From contig JBPOHV010000001.1 in NCBI GenBank assembly GCA_052035175.1, forward strand, positions 703,771 through 767,770: a stretch of DNA of 64,000 nucleotides, written 5' to 3'. Each line of letters opens with the position of its first letter. The stretch's first letter is position 1. The position numbers were made by a program, and so were the translations under genes. Below, piece after piece: positions 38,403-52,900 of this stretch. The stretch comes from a candidate division WWE3 bacterium (GTDB taxonomy: Bacteria; Patescibacteriota; WWE3; UBA101185; UBA10185). The notes under the pieces are model-generated. The model saw only the letters and a list, made by a program, of their open reading frames with translations, did no database searches and had not been told where the DNA came from.

Positions 38403-39014
38403 CTAGAAACCTAGCAGTGAAAGGGAAAATTGGATAGCTGGATTTAGTATATGACCTGTTGTGCCCGTCAGTACAAGAACTAAAAGAATCACAATTCCAT
38501 ACTTTTCTACTTCAAGCCACTGATAATACAAATCGCCTTTTAGAAAAGCAAAAACAACTTTATACCCATCTAGTGGGTGTATAGGAATAAGATTAAAAAA
38601 AGCTAAAACCAGGTTGTAATAGATTGTTACGTATAAAAAAGTACCTATACTCAAAGGTAAAATCGGGCCAAAGACACGAAAAATTATTGCAAGTACAATC
38701 GCCAATAAAATATTTGATAAAGGCCCAGCAAACGCTATAAGGGCTGTATCACGCTTGGGATCTTTCAAATAACTCGGATCAAATGAAACAGGCTTACCCC
38801 AACCAAATCCAGCAAATATTAACAAAAGCATACCCATAGGATCTATGTGAGCCACAGGATTTATTGTCAACCTACCTAAAAACCTGGGTGTAGGGTCACC
38901 TAATTTATCTGCAACAAATGCATGTGCAAACTCATGAACAGACAAACAAATAATTAATGACAAAGTAACCAACACAAAAAGTACAGGGTCTTTGTATAAA
39001 AGCTCAAAAAGCAT
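38403..39014 (-). CDS. Site-2 protease family (M50) protein
   Basis: HEFAH, AGPLSN, FNLIPIHPLDG. Confidence 0.92.
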   Translation of the reverse strand: MLFELLYKDPVLFVLVTLSLIICLSVHEFAHAFVADKLGDPTPRFLGRLTINPVAHIDPMGMLLLIFAGFGWGKPVSFDPSYLKDPKRDTALIAFAGPLSNILLAIVLAIIFRVFGPILPLSIGTFLYVTIYYNLVLAFFNLIPIHPLDGYKVVFAFLKGDLYYQWLEVEKYGIVILLVLVLTGTTGHILNPAIQFSLSLLGF

Positions 39015-39057
39015 GAAAACATTTTAACACTGCTAGATAGTGTGGTAAAATCTCCAC

Positions 39058-39246
39058 GTGAAATCAGCCTGGAATTTCTTTAGAGAATCAATAGACGAAT
39101 TTAAGAAAGTGCAGTGGCCAACGAAAAAAGAAGCATTTAAGTTAACTATGGTCGTGGTCGCTACAAGTTTATTGTCTGGAGTTTTTATTGAATCTTTAGA
39201 CTTCATATTTAGAGAAGCCCTTGCCAAATTCATATCTTTAAGCTAA
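39058..39246 (+). CDS. secE: Preprotein translocase SecE
   Basis: EFKKVQWPTKKE plus one TM, upstream of nusG. Confidence 0.93.
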   Translation: MKSAWNFFRESIDEFKKVQWPTKKEAFKLTMVVVATSLLSGVFIESLDFIFREALAKFISLS

Positions 39247-39267
39247 AAAAGATAGGTTAGTAAATAT

Positions 39268-39834
39268 ATGGAAAACGACGGAATAATAACAATTAATAAT
39301 AATGTAGCCGAAAACGCCAAATGGTATGTTGTACATACTTATTCTGGGCACGAAAATAAGGTCGCTATAACACTTAAACAACGCGCCGAAGTTGCCGGAT
39401 TCACTGATAGAATTTTCAAAATCTTTATACCTCACAAACAAACAATAAAGGTCGATGGTGGCAAAAAACGATCTGTAGACGAAAGATTATTCCCTGGATA
39501 CGTTATAGTAATGATGATTATGGACGACGACGCATGGCATATAGTAAGATCTACTCCTGGGGTTACTGGTTTTGTAGGAATGGGTTCTACACCTACTCCA
39601 GTTTCTGATACAGAAGTAAAGAATCTTATCAGAACAGCAAATATAGAAGCACCTAAATTTGAAGCCAAGTTTTCGATCGGAGACAGCATAAAAATCGGTG
39701 AAGGTCCTTTTAAAGACTTCATGGGACAAGTAAGCGATGTAAATACCGATCAAGGTAAAGTCAAAGTACTAGTTTCTGTATTTGGTAGAGAAACTCCTGT
39801 AGAGTTGGACTTTGCACAAGTAAAAAGGTTATAA
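39268..39834 (+). CDS. nusG: Transcription termination/antitermination factor NusG
   Basis: WYVVHTYSGHE, FPGYV, TPGVTGFVG, FGRETPVEL. Confidence 0.98.
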   Translation: MENDGIITINNNVAENAKWYVVHTYSGHENKVAITLKQRAEVAGFTDRIFKIFIPHKQTIKVDGGKKRSVDERLFPGYVIVMMIMDDDAWHIVRSTPGVTGFVGMGSTPTPVSDTEVKNLIRTANIEAPKFEAKFSIGDSIKIGEGPFKDFMGQVSDVNTDQGKVKVLVSVFGRETPVELDFAQVKRL

Positions 39835-39856
39835 AACTTTATAAAAAAGAGGATAT

Positions 39857-40288
39857 ATGGCAGTTAAACAAAAAAAGATAAAAGCAAAAATTAAATTACA
39901 AATACATGCAGGTAAAGCTACACCAGCACCACCAGTAGGTCCTGCTTTGGGTCAATATGGTGTACCGCTCATGGATTTTTGTAAAGAGTTTAATGCACGC
40001 ACAGCTAAAATGGGAGATGATTTAATTCCAGTAGAATTGGTAGTATTTGAAGACAAGTCGTTCACATTTATAACAAAAACACCTGTAACTTCTGAATTGA
40101 TCAAAAAAGTACTAGGCCTTAAAAAAGGTTCCAGTGTACCAAATAAAGATAAAGTTGGTGCAATGACAAGAGAACAAGCCGAAGAAGTCGCCAAGATTAA
40201 AATGCCAGACTTGAGTGCAAATGATATGGATCAAGCAGTAAAAGTAATTGCTGGTACAGCAAGATCTATGGGAGTAGAAATGAAATGA
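39857..40288 (+). CDS. rplK: 50S ribosomal protein L11
   Basis: [22 protein letters not shown]. Confidence 0.98.
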   Translation: MAVKQKKIKAKIKLQIHAGKATPAPPVGPALGQYGVPLMDFCKEFNARTAKMGDDLIPVELVVFEDKSFTFITKTPVTSELIKKVLGLKKGSSVPNKDKVGAMTREQAEEVAKIKMPDLSANDMDQAVKVIAGTARSMGVEMK

Positions 40289-40899
40289 CAATAGATAACG
40301 CAATAAAACAAGTTAAATCGGCTGCCAAAGAAAAATTTGATGCTTCTGTCGAAGTACACATAAATCTCGAGCTTGATACAAAGAAAAATGACCAACAAGT
40401 TAGATATACAACAACTCTCCCCCATGGAACAGGTAAAGAGTTAAAAGTTGCAGTATTCGCTTCTACAAAGATAAATAATGCTGACCTAGAATTGCAAGAA
40501 AGCGACTTGGCCAAAATAGAAAACGGTCAAATTAGACCAAGAGTTGATTTTGATGTATTAATATCAGAACCAAGAATGATGCCAAAGCTTGCCAAAGTAG
40601 CGAAAATCTTGGGACCAGCTGGCGTAATGCCAAACCCAAAAAGCGGTACAGTAGCTGAAGATATAGCAAAAGCAGTTGAATCAGTAAAAAAAGGTAAAAT
40701 CGAAATTAAGAATGAACAAGCACCAATAATACATACCATAATGGGTAAAGTCAGTTTTACAGAAGATAAATTAAAAGCCAATTTTGAGGAAATTTTGAAC
40801 TCACTTAGACAAAATAGACCAGCAAAGGCCAAACCAAACTGGATAAAGTCTATATTCATTAAGAGTTCAATGGGCAAAGCTGTTAGCGTAGATTTGTAA
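40285..40899 (+). CDS. rplA: 50S ribosomal protein L1 (short)
   Basis: [33 protein letters not shown]. Confidence 0.95.
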   Translation: MTIDNAIKQVKSAAKEKFDASVEVHINLELDTKKNDQQVRYTTTLPHGTGKELKVAVFASTKINNADLELQESDLAKIENGQIRPRVDFDVLISEPRMMPKLAKVAKILGPAGVMPNPKSGTVAEDIAKAVESVKKGKIEIKNEQAPIIHTIMGKVSFTEDKLKANFEEILNSLRQNRPAKAKPNWIKSIFIKSSMGKAVSVDL

Positions 40900-40902
40900 T
40901 AT

Positions 40903-42514
<1,612 letters not shown>

Positions 42515-43390
42515 TTACTTCCAACTTATTACTGTAGACAATAAATTTTGCTGACGAGAATTGAAATCTTTAGATTTTAAACGTCTACGCGCAAAACTCA
42601 GTTTCTTAACATAATCGTTTATCTGCGAATATGAATTCTCTAACGTTATCATACGAGATGCATATTTACCAAGGTCTGATTCGACCATAGTCTGATCAAA
42701 CAAAACTGATAATATTTGTGACTCAAAAAAGTCAATCACATCACCAATTGAAGGTTCATAAATACAATACTCAAAAGATTTTTTAGTAGTCTCAGCGTCT
42801 GAAATAAAATCCGCAGCTTCACCTGACAAGATAGTACGTGTAGGCTTTTGATTCGAAACACTCTCAAAGAAACCATGATAAACAGCGACATTCTTATACG
42901 ATGAGATTAGATTTAACAGTCTTTGTATAACAATTTCATTCTTACCGTAATCATTGATCTCGTAGTATTTGTATGCTCGACTTTGATCAGAGTCATCAAA
43001 CCAACGTTTACCCAGCCTACCCAGTATTACTATGTCATAAGACTCTTTTGGTAAACTTTTCAGATCTTTTATAAACAATGAGAAGGTGTTATGTAAAACA
43101 GGACCATATAAACCAGTATTCGAAGAGATTAAGATAAGTAAAGATTTTTCCACCTTTGCATCTTTAATAACATTTTTTGTACCCTTAGTACGTTTAAGTG
43201 TATAGTTTCTATAAAAAGACAGACTCTCATTATATAAATCTCGCAAGTCCCCCAAATAATCACGAGAGTCTAAAACTGATTTCTTCAGCTTTCTCATCCT
43301 AATGGCAGATATTTCCTGATAGGCACTGACAAGGTTTTTGAGAGAATTTGAAAAACCTATCTCAGCGTTAATTTTTATCTTATTCAACAT
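42515..43390 (-). CDS. atpG: F1-like ATPase gamma subunit
   Basis: ISSNTGLYG, YEPS, ASRMITLEN; between alpha and beta. Confidence 0.88.
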   Translation of the reverse strand: MLNKIKINAEIGFSNSLKNLVSAYQEISAIRMRKLKKSVLDSRDYLGDLRDLYNESLSFYRNYTLKRTKGTKNVIKDAKVEKSLLILISSNTGLYGPVLHNTFSLFIKDLKSLPKESYDIVILGRLGKRWFDDSDQSRAYKYYEINDYGKNEIVIQRLLNLISSYKNVAVYHGFFESVSNQKPTRTILSGEAADFISDAETTKKSFEYCIYEPSIGDVIDFFESQILSVLFDQTMVESDLGKYASRMITLENSYSQINDYVKKLSFARRRLKSKDFNSRQQNLLSTVISWK

Positions 43391-44903
43391 ATTTCAGTAT
43401 CTTTCCGCTATTTGAAGTTACTTTTGACAATAATGCATTTAAGTCAACAGAATCTGAAACGTAACCATCTAGTAGAGACTTAAAAGTATCATCGGTTTTG
43501 TATATGACATCAAATTTCTCAAGTAAATCAACGATACTTCCATGCGTAGACTCAGAGAATATCCCAGACCATATAAGGCAGAATATGACAAGCTGTGTGT
43601 TTAATATACGAGTCGTACCCAGGCGCTGATTTAAAAAGTCTAGAATACGCTCTCCCATTTTTAAGGTAGCTTTAATACCTTCGTTTATTTCTGCACCAAA
43701 ATGTACAAATTCTTCAGTTCTATCTAACAGAGACAAAAAACTAGTTAATTCTCTATTTACACTCCACATCAAACTATCTTGAGTTTGACGACCTACCCTT
43801 GTAACAGATAAAAAGTAATTTATTGCAGGTCTTCTTCCTTTTTCAAATAACTCATTGTCAAAAAACAAATGGCCATCTGTAATAGACATTAAATTAGTTT
43901 GTATATAGCCTGTAATATCTCCTGCAGGACTATCTACAACAGGAAAGCACGTTATAGATGAAATTGTTCCGTCAAGATTAAAACTACCAGCGCGCTCAAG
44001 TAAACGTGAATGCACATAAAAGATGTCTCCTGGATAAGAACTTCTACCAGGGAATCTTCCTATGAGTAACGATAGCTCTCTATAAAATTTAGCATGAGTT
44101 GTAAGATCATCCATAATAACAACTACGTCTTTGCCTAAATCTCTGAAATGTTCAGCTATTGTCATAGCACTATATGGAGTGATAAAAATGTCACCAAGAG
44201 TATCAGAAGATGACGCAGATAAAATAATAATATTTTTCAAAGAACGCTCTTTCACAAAAGATAAAAGTCTGTTAATGTCATCCATCCTCTTACCAATACA
44301 TGCATATACACAAATAACATTGTTGTTGGCTTGTTCTTGAATCATTTGCAATAAAAATTCTGTTTTACCTGTCTTTTTATCTCCTAGTACAAGTTGTCTC
44401 TGACCTTTACCCAAAGGTAACATAAGGTCTACAACAGACACACCTGTATAGAATCTGTCTTTTATAACTGACCTCTTAGATACGGGTAAAACAGTACCAT
44501 AAATACTTCTTGAGGCATTGCTGCTTTCAACCGGAGAAGAAGTAGACACCGCTGATTTATCAGAAGACATATCGGATAACTGCAACAATTTGTCACCATA
44601 CGGCGTAATCAGCGAGCCTAGTAACTCTTCTGATACGTCTAGATTTAACCCATGACCTGTACTAACTACTTTTGTACCTATGTTAACTGAGACAGTATCT
44701 AACACCAATATATCTACATAGTCGTGTGAAATAGAAATAACAAGACCTGCAGAACCATTTTCAAAGATTACTAAAGACTCTGGTTTAATACTAGGCAAGC
44801 CTTCGGCGCGAATAATAGGATAATTTATAAACCTAACAAAACCTACTTCACCAGTAGTTTCCAAAAGAGATGTGAATTTGGCCGAATCAAATTTTAAACT
44901 CAT
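43380..44903 (-). CDS. atpA: F1-like ATPase alpha subunit
   Basis: PLGKGQRQLVLGDKKTGKT, DDLTTHA, PGR.SYPGDIFY.HSRLLERA, SITDG, SVTRVG. Confidence 0.93.
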   Translation of the reverse strand: MSLKFDSAKFTSLLETTGEVGFVRFINYPIIRAEGLPSIKPESLVIFENGSAGLVISISHDYVDILVLDTVSVNIGTKVVSTGHGLNLDVSEELLGSLITPYGDKLLQLSDMSSDKSAVSTSSPVESSNASRSIYGTVLPVSKRSVIKDRFYTGVSVVDLMLPLGKGQRQLVLGDKKTGKTEFLLQMIQEQANNNVICVYACIGKRMDDINRLLSFVKERSLKNIIILSASSSDTLGDIFITPYSAMTIAEHFRDLGKDVVVIMDDLTTHAKFYRELSLLIGRFPGRSSYPGDIFYVHSRLLERAGSFNLDGTISSITCFPVVDSPAGDITGYIQTNLMSITDGHLFFDNELFEKGRRPAINYFLSVTRVGRQTQDSLMWSVNRELTSFLSLLDRTEEFVHFGAEINEGIKATLKMGERILDFLNQRLGTTRILNTQLVIFCLIWSGIFSESTHGSIVDLLEKFDVIYKTDDTFKSLLDGYVSDSVDLNALLSKVTSNSGKILKYVE

Positions 44904-45329
44904 AATTTTTCTTTACTAGATACAAGTTGCTTACTGATCAATGTAATAAGGGATTGATCAAAATATCGACCAGCAAATATAACTTTGAATCCCCCATAGA
45001 TTGATTTATCTATATTAATGTCAAAATATATATGATTATCTGAGAAAGTCTGTGAAATCTTTTGCTTTAAAACTAGAAGAAAATCATGATCTGGCATCTC
45101 TGCTAAAACAAGGTCAACACGATGAAGTGTATCTAAGAAACTGCTCACCTCTTTCAAAGAATCAAGTAAGCTATTTTTATCTAAAATACTCAACAAAATA
45201 GAATCAAAATGTGAATTCATAAATTTATCGTCGATTGTAGAAGTTTTGTATATATCGCTTATGGCTACAGAAACCATATCTTTATAATAAGCAATGTCGT
45301 AAGAAGTGACTAAATAGTCTAAAAAATTA

Positions 45330-45352
<23 letters not shown>
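44900..45352 (-). CDS. atpH: F1 delta/OSCP-like subunit
   Basis: C-terminal IDKSIYGGFKVIFAGRYFDQSL; position in the operon. Confidence 0.7.
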
Positions 45353-46879
<1,527 letters not shown>

Positions 46880-46900
46880 TTAAAAAATAATGAAAAGTTA

Positions 46901-46929
46901 TTGACCTAAAACAAACCTTACCATACAAT
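46901..46929 (+). promoter_or_regulatory. Sigma70-type promoter of the giant ORF
   Basis: TTGACC-17 bp-TACAAT; AAGGA upstream of the ATG at 46981. Confidence 0.65.
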
Positions 46930-46980
46930 AAATTAAACTTTACTAAATGTTGTTATTACAATATTTAACAAGGATTAAAA

Positions 46981-49900
46981 ATGCCTATATCTGCCCAAGA
47001 TAAAACATCGAAATACGATTTCACAAATTCATTACATTTAACTGTTTCAGAGGCAGCGAGTTTATTAAAAGTATCCCCTACTACACTGAGAAGATTTGAG
47101 AACGAACACAAAATTTCTTCGACAAGGTTACCAAATGGCTATAGAGTTTTTGACATTAAAGATATAAACAATCTTAAGAATTCTTTGGAAACTCAAAAGT
47201 TAAGTAAAGAAAAAAATAAAGGAAAAAAAGTATTAAAAACTATAAACAGAAACATTGATGCATTAAATAAATACACTGTACAAACACAAACTCAAAAAAA
47301 ACCAATCAATAAGTCTATAAGAAATAAATATCTTTTATCCAACGCAATAGTTTTGGTGATGGGTGTTTATGCAATTTTAACTTTCAGCATTAATAAAAAT
47401 ATACCAACAACTGGATTGACATCCCTCGTTATATCTACAAGCAATAAAGCTTTAAGTACAACAAATGACAACCTTATAACAAACAAAATAACAGATACAC
47501 AAGTAAGTAATGTATTAGCTTTGGGAGACCAAAGACCTGACTATTCTTTTAATACTAGCGTAAATGCCAATTTTGAAAAGCTACTCAATGTTACCGGCAT
47601 ATCCAATTTGAATGGTGGAATAACAACACCGACAATTACTTTTACAGAAACAGGCACAATTAATCAATTGGATGCTATTGATGATACAACTGAGACCACT
47701 TTAGAAAATGCATTAGATATAAATGGTGATGTTGTAGGAACTGGATTAAATAATACACAAATAGCAGACAGTGTCATAGAAGGAACAAATCTTGTAGAAG
47801 ACTTTGAGTATACTGGTAATTTCAATTTTGCAGGTACATGGTTGATCGATGGTAGTGAAGTTACCGCAACAGCTGAGCAAATTAATTTGTTTGCAGATAT
47901 CAGTGCAACATCTGACGAAATTAATTATCTGTCTGGCGCAACTGTTGATAATGGCGGTTTAGTATTTGGTAACGGCTCAAGCTTTGCACAAGATCCGATA
48001 AATCTGTTCTGGGATGATACAAATAACAGACTTGGAATAGGAAATACTACTCCGGCTTATACATTGGATGTTACAGGTGATATTCGTGTAAGTTCAGCGT
48101 CTGACATATATGTAGGTGCAAAAGGTCTGAACGATACTGGTGCTACTGCTGCAGATTCTGGAGCTACATTAGTAGGTGTATTTGATGAATTTAACAATTC
48201 TAACAGTACTACAGTTCAAGCAGTACTAAATGACCTGGATGCTGCAGTTAGTGCTGGTGGATCTGAATGGACGCAAGACACCGGTTTCATTTACCTGACA
48301 AACACTTCTGACGAAGTAGTAATAGGAGGAAATGCATCGCTTTCGAGTAAATTTGCGATAAACGGTGATGCTGATGAAACACAACTCTTAGTACAAGGTC
48401 ATTCTACACAAACAAACAATTTGGCAGTATTTGAAAATTCATTAGGTACTGATGTCTTTACAATAAATAATAGCGGAAATGTAACTTTGTCAGGAACATT
48501 AACTTTAAATAGCGAAACAATATCAGATTTTACAGGTGATGGTTTGTCACTATCTGGCGGTGCTTTGACTATAGATTTAACATCTCCAACCGATGCATTG
48601 TCTTCCACTACATCCAGCGGATCTGGGTTGGAGGTTATCACAACTGGACTTACGCTATTACAAGGGTGCAACAATGGCGAAATATTAAAGTGGAACGAAA
48701 CTAACGATTCTTGGGAATGCGGAACTGATACAGGAGCTTCATTTGCAATTGTAGATGTTCAAAACAATGATGTATCAGTTGGATCAAATGTAGATACAAT
48801 TGATTTTTCTACTGATTTTAGTGTAACCGCATCCCCTTCTAATGAAGCAAACGTTGCAATAGCAGATGATGTTTTGAACTTCACAGAGATTGCAGACGCA
48901 CTTTCACTTGACGCTGCAACAACTATCACAAACGCACTAGCTGGAAACTTAACAATAGATCTAACTTCTACTGGTGATTTTGTAATAGCTGATGGAGGGT
49001 CTGCTGTTTATACATTTACTGATGCAGGCGGTCTTACACAAGCAGGTACAGGACAAAACACGTTTACTGGTAACATCGACGCCACATTAGGAATAGATGT
49101 GACAAATGCCAATCTCACTGTCGGTGGATCAAACTTCAGTGTAGATTTTTCAAACGGAAATACAACAACTGCTGGCACCTTAGCAGTGAATGGTGATTCC
49201 ATTACATCTGATGGAACAACCTTAGCTATTAATGCAGCCGGAAATGTAGACATACAAGATATTTTAAATGTAGATTCTTTGACTACAGATACTGGTGGTA
49301 TCACAATTACTAGCGGACAAGATCTAACTATCGGGGCAATAGGATTGAATGATTTGGGTACAAATAATGCTACATCTGGAGCATCCCTAGTTGGAACATA
49401 CGATGAATTCAATAATTCAAATAGCACTACTGTACAAGATGTTTTGGATGATTTAGACGCAGCAATTGGTGCAGGAGCTTCTAAGTGGACACAAGACACT
49501 GGATTTGCATATTTAACAAATACTACAGACTCTATCACAATTGGTGGAAATACTGAGCTTGGTAAGTTAGCTGTCGACGGTAATGCTGATGAAGTTCAAT
49601 TGCTAATCCAAGGTAATGGCACACAAACAAACAATTTGGCAGTATTTGAGAACTCTGCTGGTGTTGATCAGTTTACTGTAACAAACACAGGAGACTTAAC
49701 TATTGCAGGTGACCTTGCTATATCTGGAGGAAATATAACCACAGCAGTAACGTTTGACTCTACAGCAACATCGACAGGTACTTTAACAGCAAATGGTACG
49801 TTTGATGCGAATGGTGTTGTAACTCTAGGAGACGGAAGCGACAATATAGCAATCGATGGCAATATATGGGACATAACATCAGCAGGTGTAGGAACAGGCT

Positions 49901-52900
49901 TTACTTCTTTTACTATAGACAATGTTATTGTTGATGGCACAACCATTGGACATACTTCAGATACAGACTTGCTCTCTCTTGCAAATGGAGCGCTAACGGT
50001 AAATGGTACTGGTACATTTACCGGTGTATTAGCAACTAATGCAACAACATTAGGTTTGGATGCTGATGCTGACACAGATAATTATTTTACAGTAGGTGCA
50101 AGTGGTACAGCTGGTGATGCTTCTAACGATTTGTTCTGGGGTCAAGATTTGTTGTGCGATGTCAGTGCTACAAATTGCGGTTGGGCTACTGCTGCTAGTG
50201 CATTTAGTTCATGGACAATCGCCGACAATGATGGCAGTTCGTACGCAATAGTCGATTCAAACACAATCAGATTTACTACAAGTGATGGAAATGTCATAAC
50301 TAATTTAACAAATGGCGATGATGCCGATGAGAATTTGGATTTAACTGTAAGGCTACTTGGAGACATAGTAGCTGGTGCGGGTCTAACCGGTGGAGCTGAC
50401 AATATATTAGTTGGTGCAGACGCAGATACCACAATTACAATCGGTGCAGGAAACGGCATCACTGTAAATGCAGATGATGTTGCAGTAAATCAAGACTACG
50501 ATTTTACATTTACAGGGAATAATACATTTACTCCAGCAGGAACTGATGATCTTACAATAAACCTTGATGACGATTCTCTACTTTCTATAAATCAAACTTT
50601 CTCTGGAACAACAACAGCAAATGGTTTAACACAAACAATCACAAACTCATCAACATCAGGTACACAAAATGCATTTTATTTAGATAATGCAGCTTCAACA
50701 GGTGTAACAGATTCACTATTTGTCATAGATAACAGCGATACTGACACTGCAGTGACAAATGCAATTCAATTTGTAGATGCAGGCGGCGGATTCACAAATC
50801 TTTTCAATGTTGCTGGAACATTAATATCACCTGCTGAATTTACAATACTCGATGGCGGAATTAACTTAGCGTCTTCTTCGGAAGTTACAGGTATATTACC
50901 TCTTGCAAATGGCGGAACTGGAGCAAATCTCGTTGATCCAAATGCTGACAGAATATTTTTCTGGGATGATACTGCTGGTGCATCTACATGGTTAGCTGCA
51001 GATGGTACAAGCATTGAGATAGCAGGAACAACACTGCAACATGTCGACACTTCTACACAAGCGAGTGTAAATAACTCAACGACAACTGTGATTCAAGATA
51101 TAACGCTTGATACATATGGGCATCTTACAGGAATTACATCTGTTGATCTTGCTTCAAGTTTTGATAATTATGGTCAGTGGTATTATGCTTTGGACTTTAC
51201 TAGCCCCTTACCTATAACAAGCGGTCAGACTTTGACATATATGTCTGGTAACGATATAGACATAACAAACAGTGGAACCAGGCAGATTACAGTAGCACTT
51301 GAGTCGACACTTGACATAGTTTCAACCATCAATCTAGCAGGAACAGGCACATTAAACGGACTTGATGCTGTCGATGCTACAACAGAAAATACGATAGAGG
51401 GATTAATTTTTGATAACGATGCAGAAAATATTACAGGCGTATGGGAAGTTCAAGACGACACAAACTTTGTATTCGGTAACGATGCCAATGTAAGGTTTGC
51501 ATATAATGAGATTTACGATTTATTCGAGATTAGTACCCCCAGCATTGCGGCACAAAATACAGATTATGCACTTTATACACTTTCAACCGACAATACTAAT
51601 GCCGGAATGACAGCCGATCAAGAAGTATTTGAAATAGGAAAAGGTGGAAGCTTCAACGCTGACATGAACTATGTAGAATTGTTAGCACTAGATGAAGATG
51701 GAGATTTGTCTGTAACTGGCACTGGTACTTTTAATGGTGTATTAGCAACTAATGCAACAACATTAGGATTGGATGCAGATGCTGATACAGATAACTACTT
51801 TACAATTGGTGCAACAGGTACAGCCGGTGATGCATCAAATGACTTATTCTTTGGCCAAGACTTGCTATGCGATGTTTCAGCAACTAACTGCGGTTGGGCA
51901 ACAGCTGCATCTTCATTTACATCATTCACATTAGCAGGAGATGCTGGTGGAGGACAAACTATATCAAGTACTGACACTTTGAGCGTGCTTGGAGGTACAA
52001 ACGGAATAGACACTATAGACTCTGCTACAGATACAGTAACACTCAACCTTGATACTACTGAAATAGGTACTACAACTTTTGGTAGCGGTTCTGCATTTGC
52101 GTGGACATTTAATGCAGGAACAACTGATCCTGTCATAGGCTTTGGCGATGATCAATTAGATTTAGGCTCGGCTACAACTGGACTCAGATTAACTACAGAT
52201 GGCATACTTTCTGATATTGATGATGCAAATGTTTCAATAAATGATGGCTTACAATTTGTAGGCGCACAAACTATATCTACATCTTCTGGAAACTTAACAA
52301 TTGATACTGCTGGTACATTTATCATATCTGACGCTGTAGATTTAAATAATACACTAGACTTAGATATCTCTTCTGCATCAGCATTTACAGTTGGCGATGG
52401 CTCTATAAATACATTTAGTATAGACACAGCAAACGATTTAATCGCTTCAACAGGAAATTATGTAGCTACATTTACATCTCTGGTTACAAACACACTAGCA
52501 AATGGTGCTGGATCAAGCTCAACAAGTCTAACTGTGGACGACTCCACAGGATTTGATGTTGGAAATTATGTGAGAATAGATTCGGCGTCAAACTGTGACT
52601 CAGGCATAACAACTTGTTATTCTAAGATAAGACAAATTGTAGGTAATGTTATAACACTTAGAAATGCACTCACTTGGACAGATAACTCAACAATAACCGA
52701 ATATCATATTCCAGAAATTGGCGGTACAAATACTGCAGAAGCATTAACAGATAGATTTGGTCGCGGTTACTTTATATCTGGAACTGTCGCTGGTAATGCA
52801 TCAACATACTATGACGATAGAAGAATATATACGACAGATACTACGAGTTCTAACTCTCCATCTTTTACGATAAGCACTGGAACAACAACCACATCAGGAA

